From positions 8,400 to 72,399 of the IMG/VR virus record IMGVR_UViG_3300036398_003294: DNA of 64,000 bases; one strand, given 5' to 3'. The DNA is from a virus. The notes beneath the pieces are model-generated. The model saw only the letters and a program-made list of their open reading frames with translations, had not been told where the DNA came from and searched no databases. Position numbers and translations under genes: made by a program. This document shows, one piece after another, positions 56,874 through 64,000 of this stretch. The first letter of the stretch is position 1; each line of letters opens with the position of its first letter.

Positions 56874-57335
56874 ATGATTGAACAGCATGATGAGAAAACC
56901 AAAGGCTGGTGGTTTAGTGTTTTATTTATGGTCTTGATATTGGGATTGATCGTATTTTTGTCATTCTTTCAGATAGTGGATAGCAACAGGGAATTATTAA
57001 TAGGTGCTTTAGGTATCTTAACAGGTCAAATCCCAAGTATGCTTACGATTGCTTCAGGAAGATCACCTGAAGAGATAAATGAATTGAAAGATAAGTTATC
57101 CCAAGCGAATGCAGATCGAGTAGCTTTAATAAGTAGGTTGAGAGATGCACAAATACAATTACAGATGAAATCAGATCAGCTATTTGAGATACAGAATGCT
57201 TTAATAGAAAAGTTAAGCATCTTTGCTGGTGGAGAAAAGCTAGTAAAGACAAAAGACGATAAAGATGTAGTGCTAGATAAGAACATAGAGAATTGGATGC
57301 CAAAGGTATCTAAGGAAGAAAAAGAAAATGATTAG
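56874..57335 (+). CDS. Membrane protein (2 TM) with C-terminal coiled coil
   Basis: WWFSVLFMVLILGLIVFLSFF and LLIGALGILTG; heptad region. Confidence 0.7.
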   Translation: MIEQHDEKTKGWWFSVLFMVLILGLIVFLSFFQIVDSNRELLIGALGILTGQIPSMLTIASGRSPEEINELKDKLSQANADRVALISRLRDAQIQLQMKSDQLFEIQNALIEKLSIFAGGEKLVKTKDDKDVVLDKNIENWMPKVSKEEKEND

Positions 57336-58350
57336 ACAAAGTAAACTTATTAAATTACCAGCAGTGTTACTACAAAAGCTATTATCCGAATTAAATGTGC
57401 ATATAGGATATTTAATGAAGAATTTTGAGTATGTAGCTAACCTAACAGAAGAAGACATTCAAATCTTGGATGATACGAAAGAAGTCTTTAGGAAATTTCT
57501 AAATGCTAAAACAGATTTAAAAGAAGCTTATGATGATTTTGTAGATCAGGCAACTTTAATAGATGATATTAAAGTGGATGTAATTTCTTTTGGATCATAT
57601 CAGTTTAAAGTGCAAACAAAAGAAGGATATGAGTATTTAAAAAAGTACACGGATAGCATTTATGTAAAGCAAAAGAAGTTTTTAGAAAGAATGGAAGTGG
57701 TTTATATGGGGGTGCCAAATGTAAAAAGGTATTTGTCACTGCCTAATCCTTATTTTGTAGATAAGAAAGAAATCAAGTCTAAGAAAATGGTTTTAAAGAG
57801 TTCAGATTTTGCAGGCTTACCATATTTAAAAAAAGAAGATATGGATATAATAGATCAAGAAGGATATACTTTAGAACTGATAACAGAGGAAGTAAAAAAC
57901 ACACCACCTAAAAATGGTGAGTGTTTTTTTTATCCTAAACAAAAAAGGTTTATGATTTATATTTATGTAAATAGTGAGATGTTTGGGAAAAACATGAGAT
58001 ACACGATTATGGAAATGGAAAAGTCCATAGAACATGAACTAACACATTTGGTGCAGTATCTAATGAGAGATTTAACATCCATAAAGACATGGGGCTTAGG
58101 TAAAACACAAGTGCTTGTAAAAGAAAATGATAAGACCACATGGGGAGATTTAAATATTGAATATAAATCACAGCTAAGAGATATTTCCAATAGGATGTTA
58201 TCAATAGGTATAGATTTTAGCAGTTATGACAGGTATCTTAAAGACATCGAAAAGAATATTGGGTATTTGCCATTCTTATCTAGATTACAGGCAGTTAGCC
58301 AAAGAAAATATGATTTAGCTTTAAGAGAACTTTATAAAGAACATAAGTAA
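57328..58350 (+). CDS. Putative HExxH zinc metallopeptidase
   Basis: IEHELTHLVQY with downstream Glu (NIEYKS). Confidence 0.6.
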   Translation: MIRQSKLIKLPAVLLQKLLSELNVHIGYLMKNFEYVANLTEEDIQILDDTKEVFRKFLNAKTDLKEAYDDFVDQATLIDDIKVDVISFGSYQFKVQTKEGYEYLKKYTDSIYVKQKKFLERMEVVYMGVPNVKRYLSLPNPYFVDKKEIKSKKMVLKSSDFAGLPYLKKEDMDIIDQEGYTLELITEEVKNTPPKNGECFFYPKQKRFMIYIYVNSEMFGKNMRYTIMEMEKSIEHELTHLVQYLMRDLTSIKTWGLGKTQVLVKENDKTTWGDLNIEYKSQLRDISNRMLSIGIDFSSYDRYLKDIEKNIGYLPFLSRLQAVSQRKYDLALRELYKEHK

Positions 58351-58424
58351 CTGTTCATTTTTTAGATATTTTGAACACATGGGATAAGCTACTGTTCATT
58401 TTTTACATATTTTGAACAGTAGCT
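58350..58424. repeat. Two 28-bp direct repeats, each a TGTTCA-N14-TGAACA palindrome, between convergent genes
   Basis: actgttcatttttta(g/c)atattttgaaca at 58350 and 58391; second extends to 12-bp arms agctactgttca / tgaacagtagct. Confidence 0.85.
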
Positions 58425-59208
58425 ATTTTTGATATATGATACCTATACTTAATAAGATCTGTTCTCTAAGCACAGGATCAAAGAATAAATAAAATAGCAG
58501 TAAGAAAATCACAGTAAAGCTAAGAATAAAGATCCAACCAACAGCTTGGACAATATAATTATAGAAAGCAACATCTTTTTCATTCATAGATAAGACATTT
58601 AATCCACCCATTCGTTTAGCTTTTTCACTATCAGCTGGTACTCTTAAGCTATCTTTATCTAAACCTAAAGCATATATGCCTATATATTGTTTAAGACCTT
58701 TAAATTGATAAGCACCTATAAAGGTATGTTTAGTGCCTTTAGGAGTAAAGCTATTAACACCTTGTTTTTTAAATTCATCCATAGCATCTTTAGTAAGCAG
58801 GACTTGACCTTTGCCACATAAAGACATTGCTCTAGCTGTAATGTTTTTACCAACACCTTCAAGTTCCATTCGTTTAGCACCACCTTGAACATATTTAGCA
58901 TCTTGATGCACAATAATGATCTTAGACCAATGGATACCTATTCTGCAGGCAAGTTTAGTTCGTTCAGGCACATTCATTTGGTAATACAGACCAAAGTTGA
59001 CTGCATCTTGGATGGTTTCAAAGTAAATGAGAAAGCCATCTGATCTATCTATCTCTTGACCACTAAAGCGAATGATTAAATCTCTAACCATTTTGTCATG
59101 TACTTGGAAGATCATGGTAGCTTTCAGATCACCTGCGATTTGGACGAACTTCGTACTGCCTATAATATCAAGTAAGACGATAGCTAGTGTTTTCTCTTCT
59201 ATTCTCAT
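58423..59208 (-). CDS. Class III nucleotide cyclase with C-terminal transmembrane helix
   Basis: LLDIIGST, SDGFL, RIGIH, G...NITAR, GQVLLT, YQFKG; hydrophobic C-terminus. Confidence 0.88.
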   Translation of the reverse strand: MRIEEKTLAIVLLDIIGSTKFVQIAGDLKATMIFQVHDKMVRDLIIRFSGQEIDRSDGFLIYFETIQDAVNFGLYYQMNVPERTKLACRIGIHWSKIIIVHQDAKYVQGGAKRMELEGVGKNITARAMSLCGKGQVLLTKDAMDEFKKQGVNSFTPKGTKHTFIGAYQFKGLKQYIGIYALGLDKDSLRVPADSEKAKRMGGLNVLSMNEKDVAFYNYIVQAVGWIFILSFTVIFLLLFYLFFDPVLREQILLSIGIIYQK

Positions 59209-59498
59209 TTTTTTATTTCCATTAAGATAGCATCTAGCTTAGAGATAATAACATTATTAGGTTTATGGAAGAGATCTACAATAAGATTACTAAAGAAACC
59301 TGTGATGCCTGCCAATAACCATTCGTTTGTGGTTGGCACTACAGGATCATAGATAAGCCATAATACAAATATAGCAATGCTGGATGAAAACAATTTAGGA
59401 TATTGAAATTGGTATGTGTATGCAAGCTGTGTAGCTATATATCCAGCACCTGCACATATTGATATAATTTCGTTATGGTCTATTTGTTTTTCTAGCAT
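59205..59498 (-). CDS. Small multi-pass membrane protein coupled to the cyclase
   Basis: Up to three hydrophobic segments; 4-nt overlap with cyclase start. Confidence 0.7.
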   Translation of the reverse strand: MLEKQIDHNEIISICAGAGYIATQLAYTYQFQYPKLFSSSIAIFVLWLIYDPVVPTTNEWLLAGITGFFSNLIVDLFHKPNNVIISKLDAILMEIKK

Positions 59499-59686
59499 AT
59501 ATCTTTTCCTTTCACAATATAGACAAAGTATAGATAGAAAAATAGATATGAAAAAATGGATTGGCAGTTTATTTACTTGAATAAAAACGATTTTTGATGA
59601 AATGAATAAAATTAAGTACTTAGATTGTATCTGCTTATGGAAAGTATGTCACTTGAAAAGTTGGATTACCTATTAAAGTAGTTTAG

Positions 59687-60232
59687 TTATTGAGCAATAA
59701 GACCAAATTTATTACTAAGTTTAGCAATGGTTTTCCACATATGAGGTTTCATCATATCAGGCATGGTTTCATAAATAGAAAGCATTTTATCAATGTGTCT
59801 TTGGATATTGGGATCAATAACACCTGTGTTATAGTCAATGATAACAGAGTCATCATCACTAGTAGTGATTTGAACATTGTTATCATTTTTTTCCCAAGAG
59901 ATGAAAGCATTGGTAAAGGAGTCAGAGATTTTGATCTTGCCTGTAGGACTGCTAAGATAAAAGAAATCAGCTTGACCATCATTTTGAGGATCTTTTTTGG
60001 TAATGTGTTTAGCAATGTTGCCATCTACTACAGAGATAGAGAATTTATCACCATGCTTATAACCAAGACCAAAGGAGTTGAGATAGATAACAGGAGTGTT
60101 ATCATCAGTGAGAGCAAGATTGACATGAGTAGTTAAACTGATTTCAATAGAGTAATCTACATCATGGTCAAAGTCAAAAGAGGCAGTGTGGAAAGAAGGA
60201 GCATTATCTCTATCATTAATAAATTTGAACAT
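59687..60232 (-). CDS. Hypothetical protein, paralog family N.FGL.YKH.DK (copy A)
   Basis: NSFGLGYKHGDKF, ISDSFT...SWE. Confidence 0.8.
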   Translation of the reverse strand: MFKFINDRDNAPSFHTASFDFDHDVDYSIEISLTTHVNLALTDDNTPVIYLNSFGLGYKHGDKFSISVVDGNIAKHITKKDPQNDGQADFFYLSSPTGKIKISDSFTNAFISWEKNDNNVQITTSDDDSVIIDYNTGVIDPNIQRHIDKMLSIYETMPDMMKPHMWKTIAKLSNKFGLIAQ

Positions 60233-60270
60233 AGTTTTTTCCTTTCTAGTGTCAAAGTATAAGTGAGATT

Positions 60271-60621
60271 TTATTGCAGATCAGTTTGATAAAGTTCAAT
60301 AATTTTATTGAGATTATCAAGAGCAGTAGGCAATTCTGAGTTATCACCTGTGTTTAAGGCTGTTGAGATGATTTTTGCATTTTGTCTATCAAGTTCATAA
60401 ATGATTTCAACTTCATCTTTAGAGAGGAAACCAAAATCATAGATGTAAAATCTGGGACCAGCACTTGCATAACACATATTTTCAAAACTGCCATAACCAT
60501 TGTCAACAATCCACCATTGGTGAATGGCATGAGCATCATTGTTTAAGAGCATACCTTTGCAGGTAGAGATGCTATCTTTAACAGCATTGTAAATATCAAG
60601 ATTATTGATCATTTTGACCAT
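60271..60621 (-). CDS. Hypothetical protein
   Basis: ORF in minus-strand accessory unit. Confidence 0.7.
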   Translation of the reverse strand: MVKMINNLDIYNAVKDSISTCKGMLLNNDAHAIHQWWIVDNGYGSFENMCYASAGPRFYIYDFGFLSKDEVEIIYELDRQNAKIISTALNTGDNSELPTALDNLNKIIELYQTDLQ

Positions 60622-60811
60622 CCTTTACTTTGAGAGTGTAAACACCATGATTTGTAGTTAATTCAATTTCATCAAAGTGTCTTAAAAGAAAGATACCTTC
60701 AACAACATCTTCATCTTCAGAATTATTTTCTAACCAAGATGCAACAGTATCTTCACAAACTAAAATGTTTTGTTTATCAAACATTTGGATCATAGTGTCT
60801 TTAGTAAGCAT
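60602..60811 (-). CDS. Small acidic hypothetical protein
   Basis: AAAGGA RBS behind motif copy 12. Confidence 0.7.
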   Translation of the reverse strand: MLTKDTMIQMFDKQNILVCEDTVASWLENNSEDEDVVEGIFLLRHFDEIELTTNHGVYTLKVKDGQNDQ

Positions 60812-60842
60812 TTTGCTTTTCCTTTCGTTTTCGACATAGTAT

Positions 60843-60871
60843 AAACACTTGTCGAAATGCTTTCATTGCAA
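60843..60871 (-). promoter_or_regulatory. Conserved motif copy 12
   Basis: minus strand ttgcaat gaaa gc atttcgac aagtgttt. Confidence 0.75.
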
Positions 60872-60873
60872 TT

Positions 60874-61269
60874 TTATTGTTTTTTTTCAAAAAAAGATTT
60901 TAAGGTGTCAAAGAGTTCTTCACTACATCCAAACTGTTTATCTTTTTTAAGGATGGTGCAAGTTTCATTTAAGAGCATATCGTCTTGATCTTCATAAGCG
61001 ATATGTGGAGTAATGAGAATACGATCACTATCATTAATAACTTCAACTGCATAAAAGTTGCCTAGTCTTAGTTCATTAGAGTTCTTTGCGATAAAGAACT
61101 TGTATGTGTAGTCTTTTGGTGCAGTGGAGATGTCAATATCTAGTTCACCAGCAGTATTGTTTTTGGTTTGGATAAACTCAGGTAGTGGAGCAAGAGTAAA
61201 GAATTGGTCTTTGGCAAGCATTTTAATAATGAAAGCTAGTCGCATGGTGTTAAGAATTTGGTTTTTCAT
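60874..61269 (-). CDS. Hypothetical protein
   Basis: AAAGGA RBS. Confidence 0.75.
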   Translation of the reverse strand: MKNQILNTMRLAFIIKMLAKDQFFTLAPLPEFIQTKNNTAGELDIDISTAPKDYTYKFFIAKNSNELRLGNFYAVEVINDSDRILITPHIAYEDQDDMLLNETCTILKKDKQFGCSEELFDTLKSFFEKKQ

Positions 61270-61343
61270 TTTATTTATATCCTTTCTTCTTTAAGTACTT
61301 ATATTTTTATTTGTTTTATTTTCTATCTTAATAGTGAGAAAGG

Positions 61344-62240
61344 ATGTGTTTTATGAGAAGACTATCAAATTTTGGTAAGAGTGTTTTAGATAAAGCACTT
61401 ACAGAATACCATAACAATAAAAAACAAAACATATATACCTATTTTGAATTGCTAGAAGATTTGGAATATGTATTAAAAGAGTTTTTTAATGGTGCAAAAG
61501 AATTGAAGACCTTTGTAGAAAATGAACTAAACAATGATGATCTTTTTTTAAAGACCATCAAAAGTGAATATGGTTTGTCTTATGCAGGTGTTATAGGAAG
61601 ACTAGAGATCACAACACCTAAGATAATAGAAATTTCTACAATGAATATCTATACACCAAAAAAAGGTAGTGGTTTTAAAATAGATGAGATCTTAAAAGAT
61701 TTAGATATTGCACATAAGATTGCCAGCAGAAAAATTCTTCTCAACAGGACTTTTTTAGAACCTAAACAAGTTCCATTAAAGCTAATGGATATTGATGTAA
61801 ATAAAATCCACCAAGTGAGATCAGCTAGTATTGCCATGTTATTAAAAAAAGAGATTATTAAATTTCATAAAAACAAAGAAGTGTTCTTATATAGCTTTAC
61901 AGCTAGACTAGAGTACTTAAATGATATTCTCTTATCATTTAAAGAACCTGTGCAAAACCTAAACAACTTTGCATTAGAAAATGAACTATATGACAAGAAC
62001 ACTAGAAAAATGTTATTAGTGAAATTTGGTTTGGACTATGCACCTATCAATAAATTGCAGTTAAACTTAACACTTTCTATTAAAGATACTTTATCCGATA
62101 TGTCTGCTAGTATTTCTCATTTTAGAGAATACTTGAATAGAAAAATTGAAGTGAATGAGTATATTGTGAATAGGAATAAGCAAACCAAAAGTGTTCAGCC
62201 TGTTGAGGTATCGAACCTTTTATTTGAAAAGAGAATTTAG
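61344..62240 (+). CDS. Hypothetical protein with an internally duplicated domain
   Basis: L..F.ENEL.........(Y/F)GL.YA.. occurs twice. Confidence 0.7.
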   Translation: MCFMRRLSNFGKSVLDKALTEYHNNKKQNIYTYFELLEDLEYVLKEFFNGAKELKTFVENELNNDDLFLKTIKSEYGLSYAGVIGRLEITTPKIIEISTMNIYTPKKGSGFKIDEILKDLDIAHKIASRKILLNRTFLEPKQVPLKLMDIDVNKIHQVRSASIAMLLKKEIIKFHKNKEVFLYSFTARLEYLNDILLSFKEPVQNLNNFALENELYDKNTRKMLLVKFGLDYAPINKLQLNLTLSIKDTLSDMSASISHFREYLNRKIEVNEYIVNRNKQTKSVQPVEVSNLLFEKRI

Positions 62241-62806
62241 TTAATAGAATTTCTTTCTGTGTATTTAGCTATTTGCCTGTCTAGTCTTGCTATTTCAATT
62301 TCATCTGTAGTTTGTTTTCTACATTGCTGTAAAAAATCAATCATCATGAGATTTGACTCTTGGTTTGGAATGTCAATCACACCTTGATCAAAATGAATCA
62401 TCACTTTATAGTTATTCTGTTTTAAGAATAGGTGTTCTTTAGTCATTTCCCAAGACAAGTTATGAGTTGTAAAGCTATCTGTGATTTGGATAACACCAAT
62501 ATCAGTAGCTGGAGTGATATGCACTTGTAAACAGTTTTCACTGCCTGTTGGATGACCTATTGGTGATAAAGTGTGTTCAATATCAGATGCTGATCCATTA
62601 ACAACAGTGATTTTGAATTTATCAAAGTGTTTATATCTTAGACCAAAGCAATTGAAATAAATCATGCAGGAGTTATCATCATTGACAATTGCTTTGGGAA
62701 AGACAGCCAAGTAAGGCTGGTTTCTTTCAAAAGACACATTATGGGAAAAATCCAAAGTAGGTTTCCAAGATGGAGCATTTAAGTATGTAGTTTCAAACTT
62801 GATCAT
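62237..62806 (-). CDS. Paralog family N.FGL.YKH.DK (copy B; start revised to MIKFET)
   Basis: NCFGLRYKHFDKF, ITDSFT...SWEM, ESNLMMIDF. Confidence 0.8.
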   Translation of the reverse strand: MIKFETTYLNAPSWKPTLDFSHNVSFERNQPYLAVFPKAIVNDDNSCMIYFNCFGLRYKHFDKFKITVVNGSASDIEHTLSPIGHPTGSENCLQVHITPATDIGVIQITDSFTTHNLSWEMTKEHLFLKQNNYKVMIHFDQGVIDIPNQESNLMMIDFLQQCRKQTTDEIEIARLDRQIAKYTERNSIN

Positions 62807-62819
62807 AGTCAGTTTCCTT

Positions 62820-63365
62820 TTAGTTATAAGAGATTTCTTTTTGGAGTTTAGCAATAAGTCTGTTTAACCTATCTAGTTCATCTTGTTTTTTGGTGTGTGT
62901 TTTACAAAGGTTATAAAAATCAATCATCATGAGATTGCTTTCTACATTAACCATTTTCACTACACCTGCAGTATAGTCAATCATCACACCATCATTACCA
63001 TGCTTTAGAATGATATGCTTATCATTCATTTCCCAAGTCAAATGAACACTTGTGAAACTGTCAGTAATTTCAAGTATGCCTGTTTCACTTGTAGGAATGA
63101 TTTGGACTTGTAAAAACTTTTCTTTGTCTTGGATAACATTCATATCAAGAGATTGGACTGCACCATCAATAATATTGAATTTAATCTTGTCACTGTGTTT
63201 ATAATCTAAGCCAAAGCAATTGATCATAAACATATTAACTTTGTTAGTGAAATGTAAAACATTTGGATACACATCAAATGTTTTACCAAAAAGGATGCAG
63301 GTATTTAATCTTGCATGATACTCTATATTCATAGAGGTTTCCTTTGGTTGAGAGTGGTTTGTCAT
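62820..63365 (-). CDS. Paralog family N.FGL.YKH.DK (copy C)
   Basis: NCFGLDYKHSDKI, ITDSFT...TWEM, ESNLMMIDF. Confidence 0.8.
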   Translation of the reverse strand: MTNHSQPKETSMNIEYHARLNTCILFGKTFDVYPNVLHFTNKVNMFMINCFGLDYKHSDKIKFNIIDGAVQSLDMNVIQDKEKFLQVQIIPTSETGILEITDSFTSVHLTWEMNDKHIILKHGNDGVMIDYTAGVVKMVNVESNLMMIDFYNLCKTHTKKQDELDRLNRLIAKLQKEISYN

Positions 63366-63398
63366 TTTTCTTTTTCCTTTTCATTACTGACATTGTAT

Positions 63399-63427
63399 AA
63401 ACACTTGTGGACTAGCTTTTATTGCAA
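63399..63427 (-). promoter_or_regulatory. Conserved motif copy 13
   Basis: minus strand ttgcaat aaaa gc tagtccac aagtgttt. Confidence 0.75.
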
Positions 63428-63444
63428 CTCTTTGAAAAAAAAGT

Positions 63445-63765
63445 TTGAGAAGAAAAATAATGACATTAAAACATTTATTAGAAATCCTGTTAAGAGAGGA
63501 CAAGCAAGTATCTTTCTATTATCCGAACTACATTTGGATAGAGAATTTAAAAATGCGAATGGAAATTTTTATGAGTGAAGGGAATGATGTGCATTATGCT
63601 GTGATAGTGCCTGTAGGCAAGCAACATAAGATACTAGGTAACCTATTAATCAAAGTGGCAAGTCGGAAGAATATATCTAGCATAGATGTCAGTGATGTTT
63701 TAGAATTAAGCGAAAGTGATTTGGGAAAGCTATTAGAAGATTTTAATAACTTATTTATGAGATAG
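63445..63765 (+). CDS. Hypothetical protein (start may be MTLKH)
   Basis: 106-aa ORF. Confidence 0.55.
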   Translation: MRRKIMTLKHLLEILLREDKQVSFYYPNYIWIENLKMRMEIFMSEGNDVHYAVIVPVGKQHKILGNLLIKVASRKNISSIDVSDVLELSESDLGKLLEDFNNLFMR

Positions 63766-63804
63766 TCTTTTTAAAGATATTACTTTAAAAGAGGCATAAA
63801 TAAA

Positions 63805-64000
63805 ATGAGTTACTTTCGTAAAAGAGCATTTAATAAATCAAATGACTTGACTCCAGCGATTGGCAGTAAAGGTGATGATGGTGGATGGTGTTTAGTAAAG
63901 CATCGAGTAAAAAAGAATTATCCAGCTGGATATAAGGATTTGGATAACTATTTAAATACACAATCCTTAAATATAGATGCTTATGGGAAAAAGAAACAAA
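63805..64000 (+). CDS. Partial CDS running off the window end (MSYFRKRAFN...)
   Basis: GAGG RBS, open to the end of the window. Confidence 0.65.
   Translation, partial: MSYFRKRAFNKSNDLTPAIGSKGDDGGWCLVKHRVKKNYPAGYKDLDNYLNTQSLNIDAYGKKKQ

Noticed and set aside
58423-59498. Canonical Pycsar system
   Set aside because: The 97-aa partner is too small to contain a cNMP-binding domain; kept only as an analogy
12874-63427. Sigma54 or Bacteroidetes-type reading of the 29-bp motif
   Set aside because: No GG ten bases before the GC on either strand and no TAnnTTTG element
1756-63578. Many short antisense or alternate-frame ORFs in the track (e.g. 1756, 4180, 11321, 37547, 51320, 53019, 59690)
   Set aside because: Nested in longer well-supported genes, no RBS, composition reflects the codon bias of the real gene
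1-64000. Stop-codon reassignment
   Set aside because: Long genes are uninterrupted in the standard code; TAG and TGA both end genes at sensible positions
1-64000. tRNA, rRNA or IS elements
   Set aside because: Intergenic gaps are short and AT-rich; no cloverleaf/T-loop signature or transposase recognised

Overview
AT-rich 64 kb segment of a large contractile-tailed (myovirus-type, probably jumbo) phage genome, standard genetic code. It holds a minus-strand baseplate/tail-fibre operon (1-12.8 kb), neck/tail-completion and tail-sheath genes (14.3-23.6 kb), a family A DNA polymerase, two paralogous N6-adenine methyltransferase/RM genes, a 2853-aa virion protein and many small accessory genes (HDAC-like, class III nucleotide cyclase, C39 peptidase, Hc1-like). 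The most striking element is an array of 11 translationally coupled ~70-76 aa paralogs directly behind the polymerase (27440-29877). They have a fixed scaffold, hypervariable loops and mosaic segment sharing, and by recollection resemble a free-standing DNA target-recognition segment of single-chain RM enzymes, i.e. a possible library of plug-in specificity or decoy modules. Other signals: a rigidly spaced 29-bp promoter-like motif in 13 copies heading accessory cassettes; hairpins that sequester the ribosome-binding sites of genes downstream of those cassettes; apparent avoidance of CCWGG, GCWGC and RCGY that shows in codon and amino-acid choice; and a sharp strand-skew flip near 52.9 kb. All family calls are by eye; no searches or counts were run.
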